In this document: piece by piece, positions 42,903-54,112 of the stretch
How positions within the stretch are numbered: the first letter of the stretch is position 1
How the letters are laid out: each line of letters begins with the position of its first letter
Assembly: GCF_009914755.1 (NCBI RefSeq)
Contig: NC_060937.1
Direction: 5' to 3' (one strand)
Source: the human T2T-CHM13v2.0 reference genome, Homo sapiens
Length of the DNA stretch: 64,000 nucleotides
Notes under the pieces: generated by a model
Seen by the model: the letters and a program-made list of their open reading frames with translations, nothing else
Database searches by the model: none
What the model was told of the DNA's origin: nothing
Made by a program: the position numbers and the translations under genes

Positions 42903-43389
42903 GTATATATTTTTACCTCCCCATTAATGCATGCTTGTGGTCATAGAAGTGGTCTAAACACAAAGTGTATCCACAAAACAGAAAGACAATTTTATTCCAA
43001 AACTACTGATGAGTAATGTTTTTAAAGAACAGTAATGCATCAGAAGGACAACTCACCCTGCATTTTCCTTTCCATACAATTTAGAGTTCATTGGCTTGAA
43101 AGCTTCCTTGAAGTCTTGCAGCACTTAATACATGCACGTATTAAACCTCTCAAGTTTACTTGGCCCGAGTGTTGTGTAAAAGATCTTGGAAGCAATTTAT
43201 CACAGAAGAATTTGTCACTGATTAACTCTTTTTTAGATGTGTTGTGGAGTAGTAAAGTGAAGTCAAGGGTGATAATGCTGACAGGGTATTTACCAAGTGG
43301 TGGAGAATCTGCCAGCTGGTGCTAAAAGGATTTGTAGTCTTGCCACATCATGTCCTTTTCTGAAGCCCAACCCTATACACCCCCCCACC

Positions 43390-43567
43390 CCAGTAACCAG
43401 TTTCTGTGGAGTCTAAAGCTTATAAAATTTGAGGGGCCCTCTTTAAGAAAAAGAAGACAAAACTACAAATACAAAATTAGACATATGGTCTCGGAGGAGC
43501 TCGGGCAATTGAGGGGTCCTGAGATTTAAACTTCATTCGTTTCAGGAGAATAAACTTTTACCCCTGC
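43390..43567. mobile_element. MER53 hAT-like DNA element
   Basis: aagcttataaaatttgaggggccctctttaagaaaaagaa...acaaatacaaaattag matches the recalled MER53 consensus. Confidence 0.75.
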
Positions 43568-46500
43568 AGGAAAGAGAGAGGCTGGAGGCACCGTAGACAG
43601 GGAGAGGCCATATTCGTCCACATGCTAGCCATGCAAAAACGTCAATTTAATAGATTCCATTGTAAAGCAGAGCTTCCAGATTTCAGTAGCATCCCGAATT
43701 AGGAAAGCACATTTCATGTAACTTCAATGTCTTCAGCAAGTAAAGTCCTGCTAGATTTTTTTTTTTAATTTTCTATAAAAAAAAAAAAATCCTGCTGAGG
43801 AAAAAACAGCTATAGTAGCTCACAAAACACATGGCTGCAGAAGTGTAATTCTTCCCAGGTTCACTTCAGTCCACTCCTGCTCTGCTTTCTTCTAGTTTCT
43901 TTTGAGGTTTAAACTCAAAACTACAAACTAAAGCAGCTGCATGCTCTCCTCTGGGCTCACAGCATGTCCAAAGCTTCAGAGACGCAACTCAGTCCCTGGA
44001 CAGCCCGACTCCTTTCGCCCACTTCAGAACAAGTGCCAGTATCTCCATGAACATTTCCTATCCTCTTTTCTCTACTCACTTCCAGATTTTTTCCTTCACT
44101 TTCTTCACCTTTGATTCCAGATTTCTTCCAAACACAAGAAGGTTTCTTTTTTGTGGGAAGTAGTTGACTAGACACTAAGGGCTGAAGCCAGAATAAAATA
44201 GGAAAGAAGGGACCAGATGGTGCGGAAGTAAGAATTAGTCCTAGGTCTAGGGGGAAGCCAGATCTGAAAAAGCAACAGAGTTGGAAGGTCTGAAGTAAAA
44301 GACCCCGGTGATGATCCTGCTGACTGATATGGTCACTGTTACCACCAGGAAAGAAGATGAAGGGTTTCTGCTGCCTACCTGACTTTGAGTGAAGCAAATG
44401 CTTTCAAATGTCAAAGGGAAGCATGCGATAAAGGAAAGATGCAGGCTGAAGACTTGACGAGAATGCAGCCTGAGTACCACTCTCTCTATTACCAGCTATG
44501 TAAGATCTCAAAAATCAGTTCTTTTTAAGTTGATAGATTATTGGTACTTATTCCTCCCAGAGATAAATGTTGTCTATAAGAAGTGAGAGAAAGGGTTTGG
44601 AGGGCTCAGTGCCATTCCTGGTATAATGATATTTGAGGACATTAGGTACCACAGCTTTCAGAATGCTACCTTTCCTTAGGAACCTCTTCAAATAATTACC
44701 TGGCATTCCCAGGCTTTCTGATTTACTTCCTGAACGCAGTCCTAAACACCTGCCCAAGATCATGCTAGAGACCCGCCCTGCCCCTCAGGATTCTGATCTG
44801 TGCTGAGTATCTTCCATTTGCACTCCGATTTAGACCTTTTCTTGACTCTTTCCACCCCGCTCAGCGCTCTGCTGGCCGCATTCCCTTGCTTGTTGAGTTC
44901 ACCACTAGTCACCATCAGCAGGAGATGGGGAGTGAGAGGATATTTACTCCCCCAGCAATCTTACTGCTCAGAACTATTCCTCTGTAACCACAGCTCCTGA
45001 TGGGTGACGCCTCTTGAGTTGCTCCAGGTCTGTCTGGGCTCCAGAAGTGACTCTATTTCCTCCTTTAGTCCCTTCAACTGCTTCAACTGCTATTCTTTGG
45101 ACACCTCCCTCGATACCCATTTTTGTTCTCTCAAGCAGTCCCTTCATTACTGCCTACAATTTTTAAACATAGTCCCTTCCTTAAATGACCTTCATTTGAA
45201 CCATCAGCTAAATTCCTCTCATTGGAACCCAGAGTTTTGATTGTAGTCTATAGTTAGTAAGATGGTATTTGGGGAAATGTGTTTATAATGAAGTTAGTTT
45301 GTAGCAAGCTAACCAATCACTGTTGGTCAGGAACTGTTCCCTTCTTTTTCCAAGCCAAGACTTTCAGAAACAAACAGACAAAACCCCACACATCCAACCA
45401 GAATGGAGTCCAGAGGAAAGAGAAAGGGCACCTTTTTAAGGAGTCAAATCCCCAGGGATTTTCACTGAGGCCACAGGTGTTCCAGGCACATCCTACTGTC
45501 TTGGGAAAATTTATCTTGTAGGAATACAAGTTATATTTTTTATTCAATGGCATAATAACATATAAACTGCTTAGTTATATGTGATATATGAAAAATAATC
45601 TGTCCTTCACTGGCTTCACTATATAGAATCACTACATTTTTGGTTTTTCAGAAAATTCAATTTACCCTTCAATGAAATGAAAGTATTTTAAATTTCATTG
45701 ATGTGAAAATACTTAAAATATAAACATTAGAAATATTATTTTAACATCAAACCTCATTTGAAAACTCATTTCTATTTTATGAAAAAGAGGACTTTGATAA
45801 CCATAATTCTTACACTGTCATACATACTAGGAAACAAGAAATGTTGAAAAGGTAAAGAAAAGACATGCTCACAGAATTATAGTTTATAATGTCCAGGGGT
45901 GAGTCTAACGTAACAAAAGGATCAAGAATGTAGCGAAGTACTATTATCATCTCTCTCTTCTAATACTAATACATGGCAAGTAATTTTATATTCAAAAAAA
46001 GATTGCAATTTCCAGAACCATAATTAATAAGCAGGCTGTTTGTACCTTCTGGGAATGCCAAAAATACTATTTCAAGATTCAGATTCCGAAGAGGAGAAAT
46101 GATTTTGCTCTTGACAAAGGGTCCTAATTTAGTTATCTTTCCCATTCAAATACTTCCTTTGTCAACCTCGTCCAGTAATCTAATCTAAGTATACGTTGGC
46201 AGGCTTACCTTGTGCTTTCGTGTGCATTTCAGACATCAGCAGGGAGGAAAGAAGAAAGAGCCAGTATACATGCAAAGCCACCAGTCCAGTGTCAAGGAAA
46301 ACGAGAAATACTGAGACTTTCAGAGAAGCGGTCATACTTCAGTTGAGGCCACTGCACAATTCCCCAATAGACATGACAGCCCTGGATCTGAGAGAAGCTT
46401 TGTACAGCATTCCCTACAGTACTTCCTTGTAGAAATGCAGGCTGTGCGCAATCATGCTGACCACCTAATTGAGGAGAGAACAATGATGTCATCAAGAATG

Positions 46501-46760
46501 TCAACAAATTTTCTTGTAGGAGAATGTCTGGAGAAATCGGAATCAGGGAAGATGAAAGAGTTTCTTTTCTTATGCATAGAGTAGAACAAACATGAAAGCA
46601 ACATATAGTAGTGTCCATTGTTGCTCATGCCCAGTTCTTTCCCTTGTTTGAAAACTACAACTAACTACATTTTTGCTTGCATGTACAGTATATGCACTCT
46701 AACCATGAGATCTGAATTGAATTGAATACTTTTGGTTGTAAAACTACCATGGATTTTCTC

Positions 46761-47062
46761 TTTTTTTTTTTTTTTTTTTTGAGACAGAGTCTTGCGCTGT
46801 CACCCAGGCTGCGGTGCAGTGGCTCATTCTCGGCTCACTGCAAGCTCCGCCTCCCGGGTTAACACCATTCTCTTACCTCAGCCTCCTGAGTAGCTGGGAC
46901 TACTGGTGCCTGCCACCACGCCCGGCTAATTTTTTTGTATTTTTAGTAGAGATGGGGTTTCACCATGTTAGCCAGGATGGTCTCGATCTCCTGACCTCGT
47001 GATCCACCCACCTCGGCCTCCCAAAGTGCTGGGATTATAGGCGTAAGCCACCGCGGCCAGCC
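46761..47062 (-). mobile_element. Full-length AluY-type element
   Basis: gcaagctccgcctcccggg, accattctc, ttagccaggatggtctcgatctcctgacctcgtgatcc; T20 tail. Confidence 0.95.
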
Positions 47063-47310
47063 GACTATCTCTCTTTTTTGTATGTCCCTGCTTACGGCTG
47101 TATGACATTTCAATGCTTGCTAAATTAAGAATTATGGCATAATGTTTTGCTAATTTTCTAGATGTCCAATTAAACCAAATAGTTATCATTATTGGTTACA
47201 AATGTTGATGTATTATAACACAGAGTTTGTAAAATAACATTCTTTCCAGCACATTGACAGGGTTTGTACAGTTTTAACAATTAAGTCTTCATTTAAAAAT
47301 TGAGGGATGT

Positions 47311-47910
47311 CATTGTGGAAAGTAGTGTGTTGATTCCTCTAAAAGGTAAAAATGGAACTATCATTTTCCCAGCAATCCCATTACTGAGTATATACCCAAA
47401 GGAATATAAATTATTCTACCATGAAGACACATGCATGTGAATGTTCGTTGCAACACTATTCACAAGAGCAAAGGCATGGAATCAACATAAATGCCATCAG
47501 TGACAGATTGGATAAAGAAAATGTGGTACATGTACACCATGAAATACTATACAGCCATAAAAAGGAATGAGATTATGCCTTTTACGGGAACATGGATGGA
47601 GCTGGAGGCCATTATCCTTAGCAAGCTAATGCAGGAACAGAAAATCAAATACCACATATTCTCACGCATAAGTGGGAGCTAAATGATGAGAACTCATGGT
47701 CCCAAAGAGGAGAACAAAAGACACTGGGGCCTACTTGAGGGTGGAAGTTGTGAGGAGATAGAGGGGTAGAAAAAGTAACTATTGAGTACTAGGCTGAGTA
47801 CCTGGGTGACAAAATAATCTGTACAACAAACTCCTGTAACATGAGTTTACCTATATTACAAACCTGTACAGGTATCCCTGAACTTAAAATAAAAGTTAAA
47901 ATTAAAAAAT
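47311..47910 (+). mobile_element. 5'-truncated L1 (L1PA13-like 3' end)
   Basis: ORF2 C-terminus (WIKKMWYMYTMKYY...WMELEAIILSKL) and 3'UTR gggtgacaaaataatctgtacaacaaac...aacttaaaataaaagtt. Confidence 0.93.
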
Positions 47911-47919
47911 TATAAACAG

Positions 47920-48722
47920 GCCAAAAAAACATGAAAAAAAGCTCAACATTGCTGATCATTAGAGAAATGTGAATCAAAACCACAATGAGATACCATCTCA
48001 CACCAGTCAGAATGGTGCTTATTAAAAAGTCAGGAAACAACAAATGCTGGTGAGGCTGTGGAGAAATAGGAACACTTTTACACTGTTGGTGGGAATGTTC
48101 AACCATTGTGGAAGACAGTGTGGCAATTCCTCAAGAATCTAACCAGAAATACCATTTGACCCAGCAATCCCATTACTGGGTATATACTGAAAGGAATATA
48201 AATCATTCTACTATAAAGACACATGTGCATGTATGTTTATTGCAGCACTATTTACAATAGCAAAGACATGGAACCAACCCAAATGGCCCATCAGTGATAG
48301 ACTGGATAAAGAAAATGTGGTGTATATACACCATGGAATACTATGCAGCCATAAAAAGGAATGAGATCATGTGCTTTGTGGGGACTTGGATGAAGCTGGA
48401 AGCCATCATGCTCAACAAACTAGCAGGAACAAAAAACCAAACACTGCATGTTCTCACTCATAAGTGGTAGTTGAACAATGAGAACACATGGACAAAGGGA
48501 GGGGAACAGCACACACTGGGGCCCGTGACGGTGGGAGGAGGGGAGGGAGAGCATCGGGACAAACAGCTGATGCATGCAGGACTTAAAACCTAGACGAAGG
48601 GTTAATAGGTGCAGCAAACCACCATGGCATGTGTATACCTGTGTAACAAACCTGCACGTTCTGCACATGTATCCCGGAACTTACAGTAAAATAAGTATTT
48701 TTCAATAAGACAGAAAAGAAAG
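47920..48722 (+). mobile_element. 5'-truncated L1 (L1PA8-10-like) inserted in the tail of the preceding L1
   Basis: caaaaccacaatgagataccatctcacaccagtcagaatgg...gcagcaaaccaccatggc...cctgcacgttctgcacatgtatccc. Confidence 0.93.
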
Positions 48723-49016
48723 AAATAATACACAGTGGAGGGATGTCAAATAATTTAAATTTCAGAGTTTTTATAAAATCAGATCTCACAGCACAGGGTC
48801 TCCATTCTTCTAAGACAGTAATCAGCTTGATAAAGGTGGAAGCCAGCATTCCCTCTTCTTGAAAGCTTCCTTTGTTTTGGGGGGCACCACACCTTCTTTG
48901 TTTTCTTCTTGATTCACTGGTGGTTCTTCTCCCATCATTTTGCCAACTTCTTCCACCTTTAAATGTTGTTACTCCTCAGGACTCTGTTCTAGGTCCTGAA
49001 GAAGGTTCTTTTTCTT

Positions 49017-49353
<337 letters not shown>

Positions 49354-49399
49354 TAAGCAGATCTCAATCACTCTTACAATATATGTTTTATATATTGTG

Positions 49400-50043
49400 T
49401 ACCATGGTTCCCCTTAGCTTCAGGGAATATGTTCCAAGATGTCCAGTGAATGCCTGAAACCATAGATAGTACCAGGCCCGATTGCCGTCAATCAGAACAC
49501 ATTTCTGTTCATGTCTTCTACCCACAGGTGTAATGCCTTTCCATTAACTAAGCACTTATCCCACAATGTGTTGGAAACTTTTGCAGTCTGACATGTAACA
49601 GCAAGACTAGCATAAATTTCTCTTCCCTTCTTCCAATTTTATAAATAAAAGATTGATTCTCACAGTAGCATTTAGCAACCTAAGCATGGGATTCTTTTTC
49701 TTTCCTTATAAAGAAGTTTTACCTTTTCACTTAAATGAAAAGCACTTTATGGCTTCTTTTGGCACATTTAAATAGCCAGCAGCACTACTCTTGGCTTTGG
49801 GACTATGATGAAGTAAAACAAGGATGACTTGGCCACAGCACTGAGACACCACAAGTCAATCTGATCACTGAGCAGGATGAAGTGGGACAGCACGAAATTT
49901 CATCATGCTACTCAGAATGGTGTGCAATTTCAAACTTATGAATGGTTTATCTCTGGAATTTCCAATTTAATATTTTCCTATTGCAGTTGACCTCATGTAG
50001 CTGAAACTGCTGAAAGTGAAACGCTGGATAAGTGGGGGACTAG
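49400..50043 (-). mobile_element. MER44 (Tigger7-derived TcMar DNA element)
   Basis: Reverse complement starts tagtcccccacttatccagcgtttcactttcagcagtttcagctac...; the other end carries the related terminal repeat. Confidence 0.85.
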
Positions 50044-50053
50044 CGTGTGTGTA

Positions 50054-50084
<31 letters not shown>

Positions 50085-50108
50085 CAGAGAGAGAGAGACA
50101 GAGAGAGA
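50044..50108. repeat. Compound (TG)n(AG)n microsatellite
   Basis: Read directly. Confidence 0.95.
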
Positions 50109-50736
50109 AACAACTCAAAAAGTTCTATTTCCAGAACAGTCAATTTCCACTGTTCTTCCTTCCTGTCCTCTCTTTTTCTTGTACACTCATCTTCATTTTA
50201 TTTATTGAATGAATCACACCATTTCCTGTTACCTGCTATTTGAAAAGTTCTTCCTCTTCTCCCTTACTTTCTCCCTACTTATCATTCAAATTTCTCTTTC
50301 AGCCTAGATTTTATTTTTCTACAAAACTTTCCTGATCTAACATAAGATTATGTCCTTCTATTATCTACTTTTACAAGAGCCTAAATAAATATCCCCTTTG
50401 TTGCACTTATTAGGACCATAACAAATTATTTGCTTAATGGTAATTTTAATTAATAGAGACTGTAAAATACATTCAGGCAGGTCCTCTTAGTGCTTTTCAC
50501 TGCCTTTGAATTGAGCAGTCTTTGATAAATAATGTGCTCATAATAAATATTTATTGATTTTGATATGAAGCTGTTCTTAGGTGTTAGAATAAAAGTTACA
50601 GGAGATCTTTTAACTTCCCTTTGAGAAATTCAAAAACCTCTCTCTTTCCTATCAACCTTAAGGATATGCCAGATAATTTTAAATAAGTGGGCTGGTAAAG
50701 TGATTAGGGACCATGCCAAGTAACCCTATTACACTA

Positions 50737-51122
50737 CTTTATACGTAACACATTATTTTAGCCTGAAAAAGTTAAACACATATAATTCTTAAGACTACAT
50801 TATTGTAGAATTAATAAATATTCTAAATCTGTGGGCAATAATTATAAAGCACTAATCACTTAGAGTTTTTGTTAAAGTAATAATTATTTTAATTAATATT
50901 ATTTCCAATAAAGAGAAGTATATTTAGAATGTACATAACAGCCATGTTTTAATCAAGCAATTTTATGGTGAGTTCAAAATATTTTATTTCTTTTTAATAT
51001 GAAATAAATTAAGTATGTGCAATGTTTTTGTCATAATCTTAACAGTGCAAATGATTTACCACCATGGCCAAGGTCACAACTGCCTCAAATTACTTATTGC
51101 AAGAAGTAGGGCAAACATAAGT
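50737..51122 (+). repeat. Local direct duplication, donor copy (386 bp)
   Basis: ctttatacgtaacac...caaacataagt recurs at 51738-52128. Confidence 0.97.
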
Positions 51123-51499
51123 TCATGCTTATTATATATAGTTACTTGTTGAACTGGGGATCTCTGGGCTTCTTCAAAAAAATAAGGCACACAGCAGAAA
51201 AGTTTGGCATCTTAAGTTATCTGTTGAGCTGAAAGCTGTCATCTCTTTTCTGCTTTTGCCTAAAGACCTGGAACACTAGCGTGTTCACTTGGCCAAAGAC
51301 AGATGGATACCCACACATTCTCCCCAGGCCTAACACTTGTTCTCCCAATACCAACCAACCAAGGAGTTTGGTCCACCATCTGCGGATCTGTGTGGCCTCT
51401 TTCTCATCGTATAAATTTTATGACAAGTGACTGAGTGGCTTTACACTGTGCATTCTAAGATTATTCTTTTTTGGTATGTAAGCACTACAGGCCGCCATC

Positions 51500-52285
51500 T
51501 GTACTTGTCAGGGTGGGCTATGTCAGGCTGCAGTAACAAACACCACCCTATTCTCAGTGGCTTAACACAAAACAATTTTTTTTTTTTATCTCACTCATCT
51601 TGAATGTCCAAATGGAGCAGCACTGATTTCAGCTCATTGTAGTCACTCAGGCTGATGGAGGCTCCATTTCAGGACTTGTCACAACAATCTCTACACTTGG
51701 GAAAAGGGAGTTCAGAGTCATGTGCCTACAATTAAATCTTTATACGTAACACATTATTTTAGCCTGAAAAAGTTAAACACATATAATTCTTAAGACTACA
51801 TTATTATAGAATTAATAAGTATTCTAAATCTGTGGGCAATCATTATGAAGCACTAATCACTTAGAGTTTCTGTTAAAGTAATAATTATTTTAATTAATAT
51901 TTTTCCAATAAAGAGAAGTATATTTAGAATGTACATAGTAGCCATGTTTTAATCAAGCAATTTTATGGTGAGTTCAAAATATTTTATTTGTTTTTAATAT
52001 GAAATAAATTGAATATGTGCAATGTTTTTGTCATAATCTTAACAGTGCAAATGATGTACCACCATATCCATGGCCAAGGTCACAACTGCCTCAAATTACT
52101 TATTGCAAGAAGTAGGACAAACATAAGTGAACACTTCACTTCTGCTCTCATTTCGTTGGCTACAGCAGGTCATTGGTTGTGCCTAACTAACTGCAAGCAT
52201 GGTAGGCTATGGGGAGGGGAGTGAGGAAGTGCAATTCAACCATGTGTCCAGAGGAAAACCAGAATATTGGTGAACATCCCTCAGA
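51500..52285 (-). mobile_element. MLT1 (K/L-like) LTR split by the duplicated segment
   Basis: ggctgcagtaacaaac...ctcagtggcttaacac...caattaaatctt, then the insert, then gaacacttcacttctgctctcatt...ggaagtgcaattcaaccatgtgtccagagg. Confidence 0.8.
51738..52128 (+). repeat. Local direct duplication, inserted copy (391 bp)
   Basis: About 11 substitutions and 3 small indels versus 50737-51122 by manual alignment. Confidence 0.97.
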
Positions 52286-52611
52286 AGAATAGTGGAAAAA
52301 ACAACATTTTGTAGTTTTAAAAAAACTAATCAGAAATTATGTATTATACTTCTTTTACACTTTCAAAACAAAACGGCTCTGTGGCGCATCCTGCAAATCC
52401 CTCGCCTCTCTCAACATCTTTTTTAAAAAAAGTTCCTATTTTGGACCATTATGGGCAAGAGTAACATAATCATCTAAAACAGATACAGGTCTATACTGCT
52501 CAGTCGGCAACACCAAAAAGTCTGCTATGTTTATAGGTCTTTGCTGAATAAAGGTATTTCTTTCTACCCAAAGATGGTATGCTTTTTGCCATGTAAGCCT
52601 GAAAGCCAAAT

Positions 52612-52703
52612 TGTTCTGTTCTGTTCTGTTCTGTTCTGTTCTGTTCTGTTCTGTTCTGTTCTGTTCTGTTCTGTTCTATTCTATTCTATTCTATTCTATT
52701 CTA
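52612..52703. repeat. Compound pentanucleotide STR (TGTTC)13(TATTC)5
   Basis: Counted directly. Confidence 0.95.
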
Positions 52704-53499
52704 GTCCTTAATCGAACAGAGGTCACTGACATTTGATAGGTGAGCTAATGAAAGGGTATGATAACTCACAAAGGAGCACGAGTGGAGAGAGTAAGATAAA
52801 TTTGAAGAACAGATCACACCTTAAGGTTACAAGATAAATTGATCATTAGAGTTGCCGATTAATAGGTGACTTTTCCAGTTTTCTATAAGACCTACTGTGT
52901 ATTTATGCCTTAAAAACAGTAGTGGATGATTTTTCTTTATTTATTACAGCTCGTTGTGTTCTCACATCACCATCATCACAACCTCCCTCTTCATCAACAT
53001 CACCATTAATTCCATTCCTTCTTTCTTTGTTAGACTCCTTAAACTATGCCAAGGATTGTGCTTGGAACTTATCTGCTTATAGTATGTAATATTGTGTTAA
53101 CGATTTAGTCTCAGGAAACCTATAAATCATATTTTTCTCTTAACCTAAAATAAAGTCTAATACACAGCCCTGGTAAGACATCTTTTTTCCGAATAAATTT
53201 TGCTTAACTGAGCTTCCTGTTCCAGATGTCAGAATTTTAATTTTAATTATCATGATATCATTTTGCTTGGTACAGGAAATTGTCAATGATACTTGAAAGA
53301 ATATTACAAATTCAGCTTTTATAAAGACATGAATATTAGGGACTACTAAACCCACTCTCTATAATAAGCACTATATAATGTTAGTATATAGAATATGATA
53401 AAGTGCTAGGATGTATTCAAAACCAGAAGATAATATTCCACAACTTGGAATTTTGCTATTAATCCAAAGTCCACAATTTAGAGCACAATTACATTAAAG

Positions 53500-54112
53500 T
53501 TGCAAAATTAAATGAAATGTTGCTTTCTCTTGTTTCAATTTGGCTTAACTGAAACTCCCTTTGCCACATTTGTCTTCCATATATCTTTCCAAGTGAGAAT
53601 TGGCCACGAATAAAATTTGTAAATGATTTTTTAAATGACAGGGGAGCAACACCCTGTTTGTCCTAGAAAGGTGAGTGTGAGTTCAGGATCTATTGCAGCT
53701 TATGCATGTTGTTGCTGAATTGCTGGTTTATCTTGTTGTTGGAGTAGCAGTCAGGCCCCAAACTCCTCTAGCTCCTGCCAGATCTCCTCTTTCAGCTTCT
53801 CCTGCAAACTGGTCCAGGTAAGTATGCAGCTTCATGATCAAGAGCACCGACTTACCCTGTAGGCACCTGCATCTGTGAAGATAAAGATAATAAAAGACAT
53901 GATTCCAATTTACCATTGTTTTCCCCTTTTCGTATCCATCCGACTTTTCTACCTACCTCTTCTGCCAACCTCAGACCTGACCCTAGGAGCAGAAACAACA
54001 GCCTTCAATAGACTGTTTAACAAATACAATGCATTTGGTCAATCAATCCCTTTAACAAATGCCTTTTTAATATCATTCACTGTGGTTCTGCTTCTCTGCT
54101 TCCCTGACACAT
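53500..54112 (+). mobile_element. Old ERVL LTR (LTR41/LTR50/LTR52-like)
   Basis: 3' end gactgtttaac...aatccctttaacaaat...gtggttctgcttctctg...ccctgacaca resembles ERVL LTR termini. Confidence 0.55.

Noticed and set aside
43957-44397. 146-aa minus-strand ORF in non-repeat DNA
   Set aside because: No recognisable domain or coding-like composition; length is compatible with chance in a locally GC-richer patch.
46231-46560. Acceptor-like tttcAG followed by purine-rich, coding-looking sequence
   Set aside because: All three frames reach stops within ~200 nt and no protein similarity is recognisable.
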